IMG/VR virus record: IMGVR_UViG_3300032323_003610
Coordinates: 4,760 to 68,759 of that record
Length of the DNA stretch: 64,000 bases
DNA from: a virus
Strand: one strand, 5' to 3'
Shown: positions 29,984 through 40,497 of the stretch, in pieces
How positions within the stretch are numbered: position 1 is the first letter of the stretch
Layout: every line of letters begins with the position of its first letter
Position numbers and translations under genes: made by a program
Notes under the pieces: model-generated
Told to the model about the DNA's origin: nothing
Seen by the model: only the letters and a program-made list of their open reading frames with translations
The model's database searches: none

Positions 29984-31135
29984 ATGATCATGGATACAGA
30001 ACACTTGATCGCACACGGCAATACAGCTCGTGAGCAACGCGATCCCGAACAGGCCTTGAGATACTATGCCCAGGCCTTGATACAGGATCGTCATCATGCT
30101 GGCGCATTCAACAACTACGGCAATGTATTGAGAGAGACTGGAGACCCAGCAGGAGCTGTCCCGTTTCTACAACGGGCTATACAGTTGGATCCTGCCAATA
30201 TCACAGCACAGTTCAATTTAGCTGTGGCATATCTGTTACAGGGCAACTATGCTCAGGGTTGGTCACAGTACGAAAGCCGTTGGCAGTACGAGCACTTAGC
30301 TGGTACCTTGCCTGACTTTGCGCAACCCAGGTGGACAGGCCAAGATATACAAGGCCGGACAGTTTTGGTCATTGGTGAGCAAGGGCACGGCGACAACATA
30401 CAGTTTGTGCGCTTTGTGGGTGATATAGTTGGTCGCGGTGCAAAAGTGGTGCTGGTGGTTGATGCCAGTTTAAAACCTTTGTTGCAGGGACCGACCATAC
30501 CAGATGTGCGAGTGTTTGGCGAGTCTTTGCCAGAATTTGATTTTTGGATACCCATCATGAGCATACCCGGCGTGATTGGATCAACCTTGGAGAATCTATC
30601 ACTGGTGCAATACTATCTCACAGCCGACAGTCAGCGGGTAGCCCAGTGGCAACAACGATTAGGGGCCAAGCGTCGTCTTAGGGTGGGCTTCTGCTGGTCG
30701 GGTCGTAGAGATACCTGGATCAACGGTCACAAGGCCATGCCGTTTGAATCAATGCTGGCTTTGATCCAACGCAACCCTGCTTATGAGTGGATAAATCTAC
30801 AGTGTGATGCTACTGAATCAGAGCAGACAGCCCTGCTGGCAGCAGGCGTCCGGGCCTATCCTGGAGCCATACAGAGTTTTGCCGATACTGCTGCCTTGAT
30901 GATGCATATGGATGTGATCCTGGCCGTGGATACTGCGGTGGCTCACCTAGCAGGTGCCTTGGGTCGCCCGGTCTGGGTCATGCTGAATCAATTTGGCCTG
31001 GACTGGCGGTGGTTATTGAATCGTGATGATTCGCCCTGGTACAGTACTGCCAGATTGTTCCGTCAACCTGCTATGGACGACTGGACAAGTGTCACTGATA
31101 AGATTCACAAATATCTTGCCTGGTATAAAATCTAA
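29984..31135 (+). CDS. TPR-repeat + glycosyltransferase family 9-like protein
   Basis: TPRs (AFNNYGNVL...AQFNLAVAYL), EQGHGDNIQFVRF, F.DTAAL...D...VDTAVAHLAGALG, WRW...SPWY.TARLFRQ. The start may be 29990. Confidence 0.85.
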   Translation: MIMDTEHLIAHGNTAREQRDPEQALRYYAQALIQDRHHAGAFNNYGNVLRETGDPAGAVPFLQRAIQLDPANITAQFNLAVAYLLQGNYAQGWSQYESRWQYEHLAGTLPDFAQPRWTGQDIQGRTVLVIGEQGHGDNIQFVRFVGDIVGRGAKVVLVVDASLKPLLQGPTIPDVRVFGESLPEFDFWIPIMSIPGVIGSTLENLSLVQYYLTADSQRVAQWQQRLGAKRRLRVGFCWSGRRDTWINGHKAMPFESMLALIQRNPAYEWINLQCDATESEQTALLAAGVRAYPGAIQSFADTAALMMHMDVILAVDTAVAHLAGALGRPVWVMLNQFGLDWRWLLNRDDSPWYSTARLFRQPAMDDWTSVTDKIHKYLAWYKI

Positions 31136-31434
31136 GGCTGATAATAGATCACTTGGCCAGTGGCAGGATTGTAGTACATGGCATAGAATCCCGCAGGCAC
31201 TGTGTTAGACACCTGAACATTTCCCAAAAACAAATTGGCGCCATCGCTGGCTATGACAAAATTTAAATTTCCATTGGTGTTGCCAATGTATATTTGACTG
31301 GTATTGGGGTTCACAGTCATCTCGCCTGGGCGTGCATTACCGTTGTAGTTGGCTACAGTCTCTTGCGCATTGTCTTTCATCACAGTGCGAGTGATACCGG
31401 TTATGTCTGTGTATGGTGGAGGTGGATTGGCCAT
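31132..31434 (-). CDS. Small hypothetical late/structural protein
   Basis: 100-aa ORF with TAAATA at 31461-31456. Confidence 0.65.
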   Translation of the reverse strand: MANPPPPYTDITGITRTVMKDNAQETVANYNGNARPGEMTVNPNTSQIYIGNTNGNLNFVIASDGANLFLGNVQVSNTVPAGFYAMYYNPATGQVIYYQP

Positions 31435-31470
31435 ATTATTCTCTTTATAATGACATATTTATTAGTCAAC

Positions 31471-31494
31471 AAAAAAGCGCCTTGCGGCGCTTTT
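31471..31494 (-). terminator. Rho-independent terminator of the major capsid gene
   Basis: AAAAGCGCC-GCAA-GGCGCTTTTTT, GNRA loop. Confidence 0.9.
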
Positions 31495-31536
31495 CTGCAT
31501 CTTCCCATCCCTGAGAAAATAAACTGTGTTCTCTGA

Positions 31537-32733
31537 TTAGGAGAATGACAAGTTTTGTACGGCAATTTCTCCAACATAGTCTGCAGCATTGCCGAAAGAC
31601 GATGCTGTGTTGGTTAATTCTACGAAGCCATAACGTGTCATGAATGATACGACTGGTTCGAATGTTGATGGATCCAACACAACGCCTGAGCTCATGAGCG
31701 GAATATATGGGCAATAGAACGCGGCAGCATCTGCCTCGCTGGAACCCTTATAACCAACCAATACGCTAGTGCTGTCTGAAGCATAGCTGTCAACAAACAC
31801 ACGCATTGCGCCATTGAGTGTACCAACAAACTTGGTGTTTGTAGGTGCTTCAAATGTGCCTTCTGTTGTGCGAGCAAAAGCTGAAGTTGTTGCAGATTGC
31901 AACACTGTCAACGAAGCTGGACTTACAACAGCATAGTTACCAGCGCCACGACGTGTACGCTGAGCGATCAAGTTAGCAACGCGGTTGATCAACACTGCCA
32001 AAGCGGCATGCTCATCACCAACGAATGTTGCTGTACCAGATACAGTAGCTTGGTTGTATGTGAACTCTGTGGCTGCCAAAGTGCGCAGACTCAACAAGAT
32101 TTCTTGATCAATCTCAGCTGTGATCTCTTGTGCAAGAGCAGCCATAATTTCTGCTTCAACGTCAATGCCATGCATGGCTTGTGCGTCTTGTGCAGATTCA
32201 AATGTCCAACGAGCTTGTAACTTACGTGTCTTGGCTTCAACAGCTTGCTTCAAGATCTGTACAGAAATTTGCTTACCGCCTGTGCCTTCCATTGTTGCTG
32301 TGTTGTTACCAGTATAACCAGTAGCAGTTGTGGTATTCTGTGGAACTGTAGAATACGCTGTAGCAATTGTGAATGGGCTGAGTGCTTCAGAACCAGCTGC
32401 AACGCTAGTAGCGGCTGCGGATTGGTCATTCAAACTCTGTGCATAGCGAACACGTAATGTGTGGATTTGGCCTACTGGACCTGTCATTGGCTGTACGCCT
32501 ACCAACTCGTTAGCAATAACTGTTGGCATTACACGACGGATCACTGGCAGAATCACACGGTTTAATGTAGCGATGTTGCCAGAAGTTGTAGAACCTGCAC
32601 TTGCATTCTCACGCAAGTAACGCTTGGTATTTTCGAGGATTACACTCATGGAGCTACGCTTGGAGCCGGATAAACCCTCCAAGAGTGCGTCTTTAGTTTC
32701 GTCCCAACGACCTTCTAATAATTCTTGTGACAT
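31537..32733 (-). CDS. Major capsid protein (gp23-like)
   Basis: LPVIRRVMPTVIANELVGVQPMTGPVGQIHTLR...VEAKTRKLQARWT.E.AQD..AMHGID.EAE...FYCPYIPL...F.TRYG. Confidence 0.97.
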   Translation of the reverse strand: MSQELLEGRWDETKDALLEGLSGSKRSSMSVILENTKRYLRENASAGSTTSGNIATLNRVILPVIRRVMPTVIANELVGVQPMTGPVGQIHTLRVRYAQSLNDQSAAATSVAAGSEALSPFTIATAYSTVPQNTTTATGYTGNNTATMEGTGGKQISVQILKQAVEAKTRKLQARWTFESAQDAQAMHGIDVEAEIMAALAQEITAEIDQEILLSLRTLAATEFTYNQATVSGTATFVGDEHAALAVLINRVANLIAQRTRRGAGNYAVVSPASLTVLQSATTSAFARTTEGTFEAPTNTKFVGTLNGAMRVFVDSYASDSTSVLVGYKGSSEADAAAFYCPYIPLMSSGVVLDPSTFEPVVSFMTRYGFVELTNTASSFGNAADYVGEIAVQNLSFS

Positions 32734-32760
32734 TTAAGTCTCCTTTGATTATGTCTTGGA

Positions 32761-33861
32761 TTACAGCCCTGCCAAACGCTTGAGATCGATCACATTGCTG
32801 GTATTAGCAGCTTGTTGATCTGCATCTGGACTGCGGGCAGATTTATCGCCAGTAGCAATAGAAACTGATTCTGTGATCACTTTATGGGCTTTCGCAGAAC
32901 GATCTTCTAATACAGCTGGTAGATACTTTTCAAATGCGTTAGACAAACGACTTGTCTGTACGCTTTCGAGCAAACTACGCATCACTTGAGCTTTTTCCTG
33001 GTTTAGGGGAGCCAGCAGTTCTTCCAAGGCAGCTTCACGCTGATTGGATTCTTTAAGGATACGCATTTCGCGTTCTTTGGATTCGACAAGAACTTGTGCT
33101 TTCTCGACGAATTTGATGGCCTCGGACAGTTTTGAATCTTTGGCAGCAATTACATCATGCAACTTGCGAACTTCGGCTTTCTCATTTAAATGAGTTGCTC
33201 CAAATTCACTTGCATATGCTTCAAAAATACGACGACCAAAATTGTTCTCGCGAGCAACTTTGATGTCTTCTTTCAACTGACTGAGTTCACCCTTTAGATG
33301 TTGACTAACAGCGTTGGACATTTTCTTGGCACTTTCTGTTACAAAACGTGCTTTGAGCTGTTCCAACTGTGTGCGAGCTTCACGCACCAAACGAACTTTG
33401 GTCTCAACGACGTCTTGTTTGTCTTGTGCAAATTCTTGAATCTCACGTGCAAGTGCTTTGACCACAAAAGATTCCAACTTCTGGACACCTTCTGTGTGCT
33501 GCTTGCGATCTCTGCGCAGTTCGCTGATTTCTTCTGCAAGTTTTGTGACCATAAAGTTGTTGAACTTTACAGCCGATTCCTTCATCTTGCCTTGAAACAC
33601 CACGCGATCTTCAGCAAGCTGGGCTTTTTCGGCCTGTACCTGCTCAAGTTCTGTCTTGAGACCTTCTGTTACCATACGATCCAGGGCTTCCACCATCACT
33701 GTTTTGTCATGCTCATAGCGTTGTGCAAACTCTTCGCGGAGTTCTGCACGTACCTGTTCACGAGCTTCGTTCAACTTGGCTTCCCATGCTTCTGAGATCT
33801 GTTGTTGAGCTTCTTCGTTGATCAAGTCGCTATCTAGTAACGGTTTAATAGCATCTAGCAT
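32761..33861 (-). CDS. Prohead core scaffolding protein (gp22-like)
   Basis: Coiled-coil protein with FGRRIFEAY, located between protease and MCP. Confidence 0.85.
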   Translation of the reverse strand: MLDAIKPLLDSDLINEEAQQQISEAWEAKLNEAREQVRAELREEFAQRYEHDKTVMVEALDRMVTEGLKTELEQVQAEKAQLAEDRVVFQGKMKESAVKFNNFMVTKLAEEISELRRDRKQHTEGVQKLESFVVKALAREIQEFAQDKQDVVETKVRLVREARTQLEQLKARFVTESAKKMSNAVSQHLKGELSQLKEDIKVARENNFGRRIFEAYASEFGATHLNEKAEVRKLHDVIAAKDSKLSEAIKFVEKAQVLVESKEREMRILKESNQREAALEELLAPLNQEKAQVMRSLLESVQTSRLSNAFEKYLPAVLEDRSAKAHKVITESVSIATGDKSARSPDADQQAANTSNVIDLKRLAGL

Positions 33862-33862
33862 A

Positions 33863-34513
33863 TTATTTCCCTTCAATCTTGAGACTACGGATCAGACGAA
33901 CTACTTCATCTTTGACGTATCTCTGTGCTTTGCCGCTCTTGGCCGGATCCTTGAACATGTCCAACAATCTCTGACCGCCGGCATGATTTAACAGGCCTTC
34001 GTAGATTGCAGTTGGATATGCGTTTGGAGCACTTGGCTGAGCGACCACATCTACAGTGACTATTTCAAAGTCACTGACATGTCCGTTGGCGTCGTTTACA
34101 TTGCCTGATCCACGACTGCTAACACCCAATTTAACACCCGAGGTCAACATGGTTTTAACCAGTTCTCCCATGGGTGTAGGTAGTATCTTTAATGTTCCCA
34201 TTCCTGCAGGGCCATCCATCCACATGTTTTCAATCATGTGACTCACACGATCCAGATTGATTTTTAGATCATCTGGGTGATCAACTTCGCCCAGAACTGA
34301 ATGACCAGTTTTGATCTGTTCGTTGATGGTGTCCACAGCATTTGCGATTTCACTCACAGGATATACTCGCTCGTTGGCGTTTCTAACGCCGCCCTCGATG
34401 CAAATACCTTTTAACTTCATGGTCTTTTGCCCAGAGCCATCCTTGGCTTCCTCAAACAGGACTTCCGCCCTAGCTTGAGTGAAGCTTAGATGTTCTTGTA
34501 GATATCGAGCCAT
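33863..34513 (-). CDS. Prohead protease (gp21-like)
   Basis: RNANERVYP, LGEVDHP, INLDRVSH, LGVSSRGSG, DVVAQPSAPNAYP. Confidence 0.95.
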   Translation of the reverse strand: MARYLQEHLSFTQARAEVLFEEAKDGSGQKTMKLKGICIEGGVRNANERVYPVSEIANAVDTINEQIKTGHSVLGEVDHPDDLKINLDRVSHMIENMWMDGPAGMGTLKILPTPMGELVKTMLTSGVKLGVSSRGSGNVNDANGHVSDFEIVTVDVVAQPSAPNAYPTAIYEGLLNHAGGQRLLDMFKDPAKSGKAQRYVKDEVVRLIRSLKIEGK

Positions 34514-34521
34514 ATCTGTGA

Positions 34522-35364
34522 TTAAGCCTTAGGAAATGGAGTTTTTGTATTCACACCACTGGCTTGTGCTGTAACTGGCTTTGGAGCTGGCGACATGGTC
34601 TTGTTGCCACCTACGCTGTTCTGCACTTTACCAATTAACTCGCCTGTCTTAGGAGCAGGACGGCCTTCGGCTGTGTCACCAGTCATTTTTACAGGACTAG
34701 CTACAGCACCTTTGGCGCCACTGTTGTTGGCGTTGGTACTTTTGGTGTTTGTGCCAGCTGGCTCTGAAGTTACAGGAGCAGGAGCTTTGGCCAGGTTGAT
34801 GGCTTCCATCATGCCCATTTCTTCGTCGCTAAATTCAGCTGTGTCGGTGTCGTCCATTTCCAGATCGTCGCCGCCGTCCATGTCGCTGACTGAGTCGCTG
34901 TCCATGTCGTCGCCCATGAGTGCTTCAAATTCAGCCATGAGTTCATCCAACTTGTCTTCTAAATCAACCACGCGGTCTTCAATGTTGTCGCTGGACTCTT
35001 CTTCTGCGTCCATTTCGATGTCCATTTCTTCTTCTTCTTGCATGCCTTGTTCTTCGGCTTCTACGTCGTCAATAAGATCGTCAGATGCATCACCACCCAT
35101 CATTTCGTCGAGTTCTTCTTCTTCCTCGTCCATACGATCTTTTTTGTCATCGTACTCAATGTCTTTAGCGACCTTACGTCCGGCTTTTTCAGCTTTTTCG
35201 TCTTCGTCGTGTGTGCTTTCTTCGTCTAACTCTTCAGACTCATCCATTAAATTTTCATAAATTTCACGGGATTTTTCTACCACGATATCGTGGAAAAGCT
35301 CTTTGGCTTTGGCTTCTTCGTCATTGATTACAAATTCAATGAGCTGTTCAAATTTTGATGTCAT
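34522..35364 (-). CDS. Acidic prohead core/internal protein
   Basis: Extremely D/E-rich 280-aa protein between portal and protease (gp67/68 position). Confidence 0.7.
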   Translation of the reverse strand: MTSKFEQLIEFVINDEEAKAKELFHDIVVEKSREIYENLMDESEELDEESTHDEDEKAEKAGRKVAKDIEYDDKKDRMDEEEEELDEMMGGDASDDLIDDVEAEEQGMQEEEEMDIEMDAEEESSDNIEDRVVDLEDKLDELMAEFEALMGDDMDSDSVSDMDGGDDLEMDDTDTAEFSDEEMGMMEAINLAKAPAPVTSEPAGTNTKSTNANNSGAKGAVASPVKMTGDTAEGRPAPKTGELIGKVQNSVGGNKTMSPAPKPVTAQASGVNTKTPFPKA

Positions 35365-35463
35365 TAATTTCTCCTATAAGATAATGGCTCGTAAGGTATT
35401 TAATATCAACGAGTAATATAGGTAGATTTGAGGCGGAAAAGTGGGTGTTTTAAGACAAAAATA

Positions 35464-35685
35464 TTACAAAGCAGGAGGGGCGGCAGGAGGGGCATACTGC
35501 TTCTTGACCTGCTTGAGTTTTTCTTTAAATTCAAATGTTCTAACGTCTTGCATTTGGCGTAGCTTGTTAAGCTGTCGCAAAGTCAGGCGAGTCTTGCGAA
35601 GATCGTTCAATTGAGGCTGACTATTGTCTTGGCTAACATCCTGATATGCCTCGGGCTCGCGAGAATAAATTTCATTTAGAATCAT
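35464..35685 (-). CDS. Small prohead-associated protein
   Basis: 73 aa (RKTRLTLRQLNKLRQM), TAAATA 5 nt upstream. Confidence 0.7.
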   Translation of the reverse strand: MILNEIYSREPEAYQDVSQDNSQPQLNDLRKTRLTLRQLNKLRQMQDVRTFEFKEKLKQVKKQYAPPAAPPAL

Positions 35686-35696
35686 ACTGGTATTTA

Positions 35697-37529
35697 TTAA
35701 ATTGTCGGAATGGGCGGAGCGCCTGCTGGGGCTGCAGGAACCGGTGTGGGTGCAGGTGTGGCACCCATTTGGGGCGCTCCTGTTTCTGCGCCAATTTCTG
35801 CTCCTGCTAGCTCTTGGCCGGTGGCAATGTCGCTTTCTAGTCCAGCAGGTGTGATGCCGATTGATCGTAAATCTTGTCCCTGCGTTGTGGTCAATTCTGG
35901 TTCGTCGCGCTCTTCGGCCCAGAGTGTTTCATTTTCCACAATCTCTTCTTGGGTCAGGCCCAGATAACGCTTCATCATAAAACGCTTGCTCATGTAGGGC
36001 ATCTGCTCTAACTGTGTAAAGGATGCAATGCGGCTGGTGTCCAGTTCACTCTGGCGATATGATGCAAAATTTTGTGGTTCGCACAAGTTGATTGAAAAGA
36101 GTCCTGCATCAATGTTAAAACCTCTCCAGCGCAGGAACATTTTAAATTCATCATCTAATTTCTGCATGATCAAGCGTTGTAGACGCATGCAGTACTGGTT
36201 AAAACGATACTCTTGTATCAGGGCAGTGCCTACCCGTCCGTCGTTCATGGCACGATCAGAATCGTCGGGACCGGTGGGCAAGTAACTAGAAGGCACACGC
36301 AAACCGCGGGCCATTTTGTTGTTAAAGTACTTCAAGTCGTCAATTTCGCCTAGATTTGAGCCGCCGGGTAGTGTAGACACATCAGATCCGCGACCTTCAG
36401 CTGTGACTGGGAAAAAGTAGTCTTCATTGATGCTAAGTGGATTGTACGACGCATCCATCATGCTGCCACCGCCACCGGTAGTGGTTGGAATACGCCGTTG
36501 ATGCATTTCATTCTTGACCCGTTCCACAAACTGCATGGCCATGTGGCTGGGCATGTTGCCAACGTCGATTTTGAATATTCTACGCTCTGGAGCACGTTGC
36601 ACGCGGTAAATCAGGACTGCGTCTTCCAGGAGTTCTTTTTGTTTGAACACTTTGAATATGTTTTCTAAGATACTCTGTCCAAATGGCCAGAAAAAATCCA
36701 GGCCTTCGTTGAGTCCAATGTGCACCACATGACGTGCATCAATACAGGTTTCGTTCATGGCCTGTGTAAATCTGCTGTTGCCCACACCGCCGCCCGAACC
36801 GCTGCCACCAGCATATGCTCCGCCACCGTTGGGTGCTGTGTAGTTGTTTTGTGCGCCGGCACCATTGGCACCGCTGACATAAAAGTCTGCAGTGGTTTTC
36901 TGTGCCACGCTCATGTTTTGGAAGTTGGGATTAATGTCGCGAATAATGTACTGCTCAGGGCGTTTGCCTTCCGACTCGTTCACAATCACACGGGCCACTT
37001 TGACCATGTCTACCCACATCATTTCAAATGTTTCCGGATCACGAACAAACACCTGATCGCCGTATTTGATGGTGTTGCGGAACAGCTTGAATATGCGTTG
37101 ATCCAGCTTGTTCAGCTTGGTCCACTGTTGCAGTTGCTTTTTGATTATTTCTACTTCGTGATCTGTGGGCTTGTCAGTGAATGCAATGTCAAATGGTGTC
37201 TTGTTGTCTTCGTTGATCTGTGTTGAAAATTCTGCAATGATGTCTAAACAGGCATTGACTTCACTATCACAGTCCATGTTTTCGTATTGATTGTAGCGTT
37301 CAATACGATTGGGGTGTCCTGAATAAACTTCGGGTAATCTGCTGGCATAGTTACGAAAGGCAAAGTCGTTGGGTGTGCCACCTGCGCCATATCCATCACC
37401 TGTTTGTCTAGGATACCCATCCAGACCAAATTGATTTTGTCCCGAAATAGGACTAAGCTGGCCGCCGGTGCTGGCCACTCGGAAATACTTTTTCCAACCG
37501 CGTTTGCGATTATTGTCGTTGTCTGCCAT
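35697..37529 (-). CDS. Portal protein (gp20-like)
   Basis: LLEDAVLIYRVQRAPERRIFKIDVGNMP...EDYFFP..EGRGS.V.TLPGG.NLGEIDDLKYF. Confidence 0.96.
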   Translation of the reverse strand: MADNDNNRKRGWKKYFRVASTGGQLSPISGQNQFGLDGYPRQTGDGYGAGGTPNDFAFRNYASRLPEVYSGHPNRIERYNQYENMDCDSEVNACLDIIAEFSTQINEDNKTPFDIAFTDKPTDHEVEIIKKQLQQWTKLNKLDQRIFKLFRNTIKYGDQVFVRDPETFEMMWVDMVKVARVIVNESEGKRPEQYIIRDINPNFQNMSVAQKTTADFYVSGANGAGAQNNYTAPNGGGAYAGGSGSGGGVGNSRFTQAMNETCIDARHVVHIGLNEGLDFFWPFGQSILENIFKVFKQKELLEDAVLIYRVQRAPERRIFKIDVGNMPSHMAMQFVERVKNEMHQRRIPTTTGGGGSMMDASYNPLSINEDYFFPVTAEGRGSDVSTLPGGSNLGEIDDLKYFNNKMARGLRVPSSYLPTGPDDSDRAMNDGRVGTALIQEYRFNQYCMRLQRLIMQKLDDEFKMFLRWRGFNIDAGLFSINLCEPQNFASYRQSELDTSRIASFTQLEQMPYMSKRFMMKRYLGLTQEEIVENETLWAEERDEPELTTTQGQDLRSIGITPAGLESDIATGQELAGAEIGAETGAPQMGATPAPTPVPAAPAGAPPIPTI

Positions 37530-37546
37530 GGTAGTATATTTAGCGA

Positions 37547-39634
37547 CTAGCCCCGGGAGTTCTGCAATAATTTAGCATTGATAGCGTTGTTTTGTCGTTG
37601 TAGAGCAACCAATTCGTCCAGTCGTTGTATCATGCGATTGTCAGCTGATCCGGCCTGTTGCTGACTGGCGGCTTGATTGCTTTGTGCTGTGGTTTCAGAA
37701 CCAGCACTGGCTGGATTTCCGCCTGCTACCTGCGATCGGTAACCGCTTGTGGGTCCAGCAATAGTGCCAGCACGTCCGCCTTCGATGCGTTTCATTTCGT
37801 CCAGAACTTTTCCTTGTTGTTCGGGTGTCAACGAAGCATATGTTTTGGTAATGTCTACTCCGGTAGCCCTGGCTATCTGATTGGCATAGGCACGGGGATC
37901 ATTTTCGTTGGAAGGTGCGTATCGTTTGATAGCATTTTCCAAAGATAGATTAGCATAGTTTTTGCTTTTTAACAGAGCATCCTGGGCTTTGCGACCCAAT
38001 TCTTCTGAGGGAAATATAGCAAATCTACCATCAGATCCAACAGCCCCGTACTGCATGGCAAAAGGACCGTACTCGATATTGCCTGGATTGTTATTGCGCC
38101 AGTTTCGATCGCCGCCAATTCTGGTTTGATCTCCAATGGTGACTGACCTGGACCCGCCTGTGGATCCTACTGTGGCACTGCCTGTGGATGCACCTTCTGT
38201 TGGTCGGGCAGGCACTGTTCCGCCTAGTCCAAACTTTTTATTCATAAAGCTGGTGGCCTTGTCCAGCGTTTCGGCAAACAATTTCACCGCTGGTATAGCA
38301 GCTTCAGCCAGACTAAAACCAAGACTTTGTAGATTTTTACTGGAATTGGCCACGGCCAACTGAGCCTTGGTAAATTCTTCAGTGTTTTTTCCACTGGCAG
38401 TCATTTGCTTTTTTTGTACAGCAGCAATGGCCTGTTCTCGTGTCATGCCCTCTGACATGAGTTTGTTTTGTTCTGCTAGGATAGCAGCGGTATCAAATGC
38501 CTGTACTGCTATTCCGCCAAACTGGTCGCCAGCGTACATGATCTGTTTGCCAAATCGTACCGTTCCATCAGCCATGGCCTGCTGTGTGTCAGCAATGGCC
38601 ACAGTGGCCTGACGACCTTCTTGGATGGCCATGGTATTTTGACGTATGGCATCGTTGGCAAACAAGTTGGCTTTGGCTGCTTCTTTGGTCAACGGAATGC
38701 CTGTAACCAAGGCTCTAGCTGCGTCACCAGCAGCTCCGCCCAAACCTTCTACATACTTTCTTAGTTCTTCGGCCTGTACACCTTGTCCTGAGGCCTGCAT
38801 TTCTGCAAGTTTGGCACGGAATCTGGCATCTACTAGACTTTTTTGTGCTTCTTTTTGTTGCGCTTCTCTGGTTTGCCCGGTCAATCTAGCAATCTTGTCC
38901 ACTTCCTCAATGTAGTTTTGAGTTTTTTTGGTCAGTTCTTCAGTGGTAGCGCCTTGTAATATGCCGTATCTGGCACTGGTGGCCAGATATTCTGTAGTAG
39001 CATCCCCCACTGCGTCTAGGCTCATGCCCAGTTTGAGGAATCTCTGTGCTGTATTTCCTGTAGTTAACGCACCCGACACCTTGCTGAGTTCTTCAGCTCC
39101 CAGGGCAGCAGTACCTTGAAAAGCTGCTAGCCCTAGTGTGTTGGCCCTGACTGCCTTGCTAAATGCCGGCAAACTGTAGTTGCCTAGTTGATTGAACTGA
39201 CGAAGCAAGCCGTCAACTCCGTCGGCTGCTCCGGCACTGGCGTCGCCTAGTGTTTGATAATTCCGGGCCATTGTGTCCAGTTGATCTAACACAAACTTGG
39301 CCGCTTCTCCTACACCTTCAGCCAAGGCCTTGGCTGCTCCGCCAACTAGTGGTATGGCGCTGGCCAGTTTTCCAACCACGCTGGTCAATCCAGTAATGCT
39401 GGCACCCAGGGAATTGAATGAACCTTCGCCCTGGGCCACAGCCTTGGCCATGCCGCCTACTGCTGCTCCTGCACCTAATATAGACTTAGTATAGCCTTCT
39501 AGAGCTTTGCTGGCTGAAACACTATTGCCACCCAGTTTAGCCAGAGATTCTGCGCTGAGGGTGCCGTTTTTCCTCAGCTCTTCCATTGCTTCTGCTACAC
39601 CTTGAATATCGTTTGGGTCCATATTTCCAGCCAT
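37547..39634 (-). CDS. Tape-measure/hub protein (gp29-like) with C-terminal lysozyme-like domain
   Basis: Long Ala/Gly helical region plus RNNNPGNI...GRFAIFPS.E.G..AQ..LL...Y...RYAP..END..AY, adjacent to gp26. Confidence 0.7.
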   Translation of the reverse strand: MAGNMDPNDIQGVAEAMEELRKNGTLSAESLAKLGGNSVSASKALEGYTKSILGAGAAVGGMAKAVAQGEGSFNSLGASITGLTSVVGKLASAIPLVGGAAKALAEGVGEAAKFVLDQLDTMARNYQTLGDASAGAADGVDGLLRQFNQLGNYSLPAFSKAVRANTLGLAAFQGTAALGAEELSKVSGALTTGNTAQRFLKLGMSLDAVGDATTEYLATSARYGILQGATTEELTKKTQNYIEEVDKIARLTGQTREAQQKEAQKSLVDARFRAKLAEMQASGQGVQAEELRKYVEGLGGAAGDAARALVTGIPLTKEAAKANLFANDAIRQNTMAIQEGRQATVAIADTQQAMADGTVRFGKQIMYAGDQFGGIAVQAFDTAAILAEQNKLMSEGMTREQAIAAVQKKQMTASGKNTEEFTKAQLAVANSSKNLQSLGFSLAEAAIPAVKLFAETLDKATSFMNKKFGLGGTVPARPTEGASTGSATVGSTGGSRSVTIGDQTRIGGDRNWRNNNPGNIEYGPFAMQYGAVGSDGRFAIFPSEELGRKAQDALLKSKNYANLSLENAIKRYAPSNENDPRAYANQIARATGVDITKTYASLTPEQQGKVLDEMKRIEGGRAGTIAGPTSGYRSQVAGGNPASAGSETTAQSNQAASQQQAGSADNRMIQRLDELVALQRQNNAINAKLLQNSRG

Positions 39635-39663
39635 AAGTAATTTACAATATTTATGGTGGTAAA

Positions 39664-40497
39664 ATGACCAATCCTTTAACTCAGTATTTTAGACAACCCA
39701 GCATCTACATCAAATTGCCCAGTGGTGGACAAAACTACCAGCCTGGATCAATTGATCTGCCGCTCAATGGCGAATTGCCAGTTTATCCCATGACGGCTAT
39801 AGACGAAATCACTTATCGCACCCCAGATGCGCTATTCAACGGACAGGCCACGGTCAATGTCATACAGAGCTGTTTGCCCAATATCAAAAACGCCTGGGCT
39901 ATTCCCAGCATAGATCTAGACACCATACTCATAGCCATACGCATTGCCAGTTACGGACACGATATGGAGTTTGCTACCACCTGCCCAGGTTGCAACGAAA
40001 CCACAGAACAGTCAGTGGATCTGAGAACCATGTTGGATGCTTTGCGGGCTCCAGACTACAACAGTCACATCACCCACAGTGATCTGGAAATTTATTTCCG
40101 ACCTTTGAATTACCAAAATCTCAACGACAACAGCCGCCTGCAGTTTGAGCAACAAAAACTCCTGCAGGTCATACCCGACAGCACTGTAAGCGAAGCAGAC
40201 AAGATGGTTGCTTTGACCAAGGCCTTTAAACAACTGACCGAAATCACTGTGCAGAGTCTGGCCTTGAGCATCACTGTGATCAAAACACCCACTGCACAGG
40301 TACGTGAACAGGCATTTATTGAAGAGTTTTTAAAGAACTGCGATCGTGATCTGTTTAATCAGATCCGAGATCATGTGATGCGTTTACGTGAGCTGAGTGA
40401 ATTGCAACCACTCAAGCTGACCTGTACCGGTTGCAACCATCAATACGAACAGGCCTTGACCTTGGATATGACAAGTTTTTTCGCACCCGCCTCTTAG
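39664..40497 (+). CDS. Baseplate hub assembly protein (gp26-like)
   Basis: YIKLPSGG...VYPMTAIDEI...DLDTILIAIRIASYG...CPGC...CTGC...SFF. Confidence 0.85.
   Translation: MTNPLTQYFRQPSIYIKLPSGGQNYQPGSIDLPLNGELPVYPMTAIDEITYRTPDALFNGQATVNVIQSCLPNIKNAWAIPSIDLDTILIAIRIASYGHDMEFATTCPGCNETTEQSVDLRTMLDALRAPDYNSHITHSDLEIYFRPLNYQNLNDNSRLQFEQQKLLQVIPDSTVSEADKMVALTKAFKQLTEITVQSLALSITVIKTPTAQVREQAFIEEFLKNCDRDLFNQIRDHVMRLRELSELQPLKLTCTGCNHQYEQALTLDMTSFFAPAS

Noticed and set aside
34595-35260. 221-aa Ser-rich plus-strand ORF
   Set aside because: Antisense shadow of the acidic prohead core gene.
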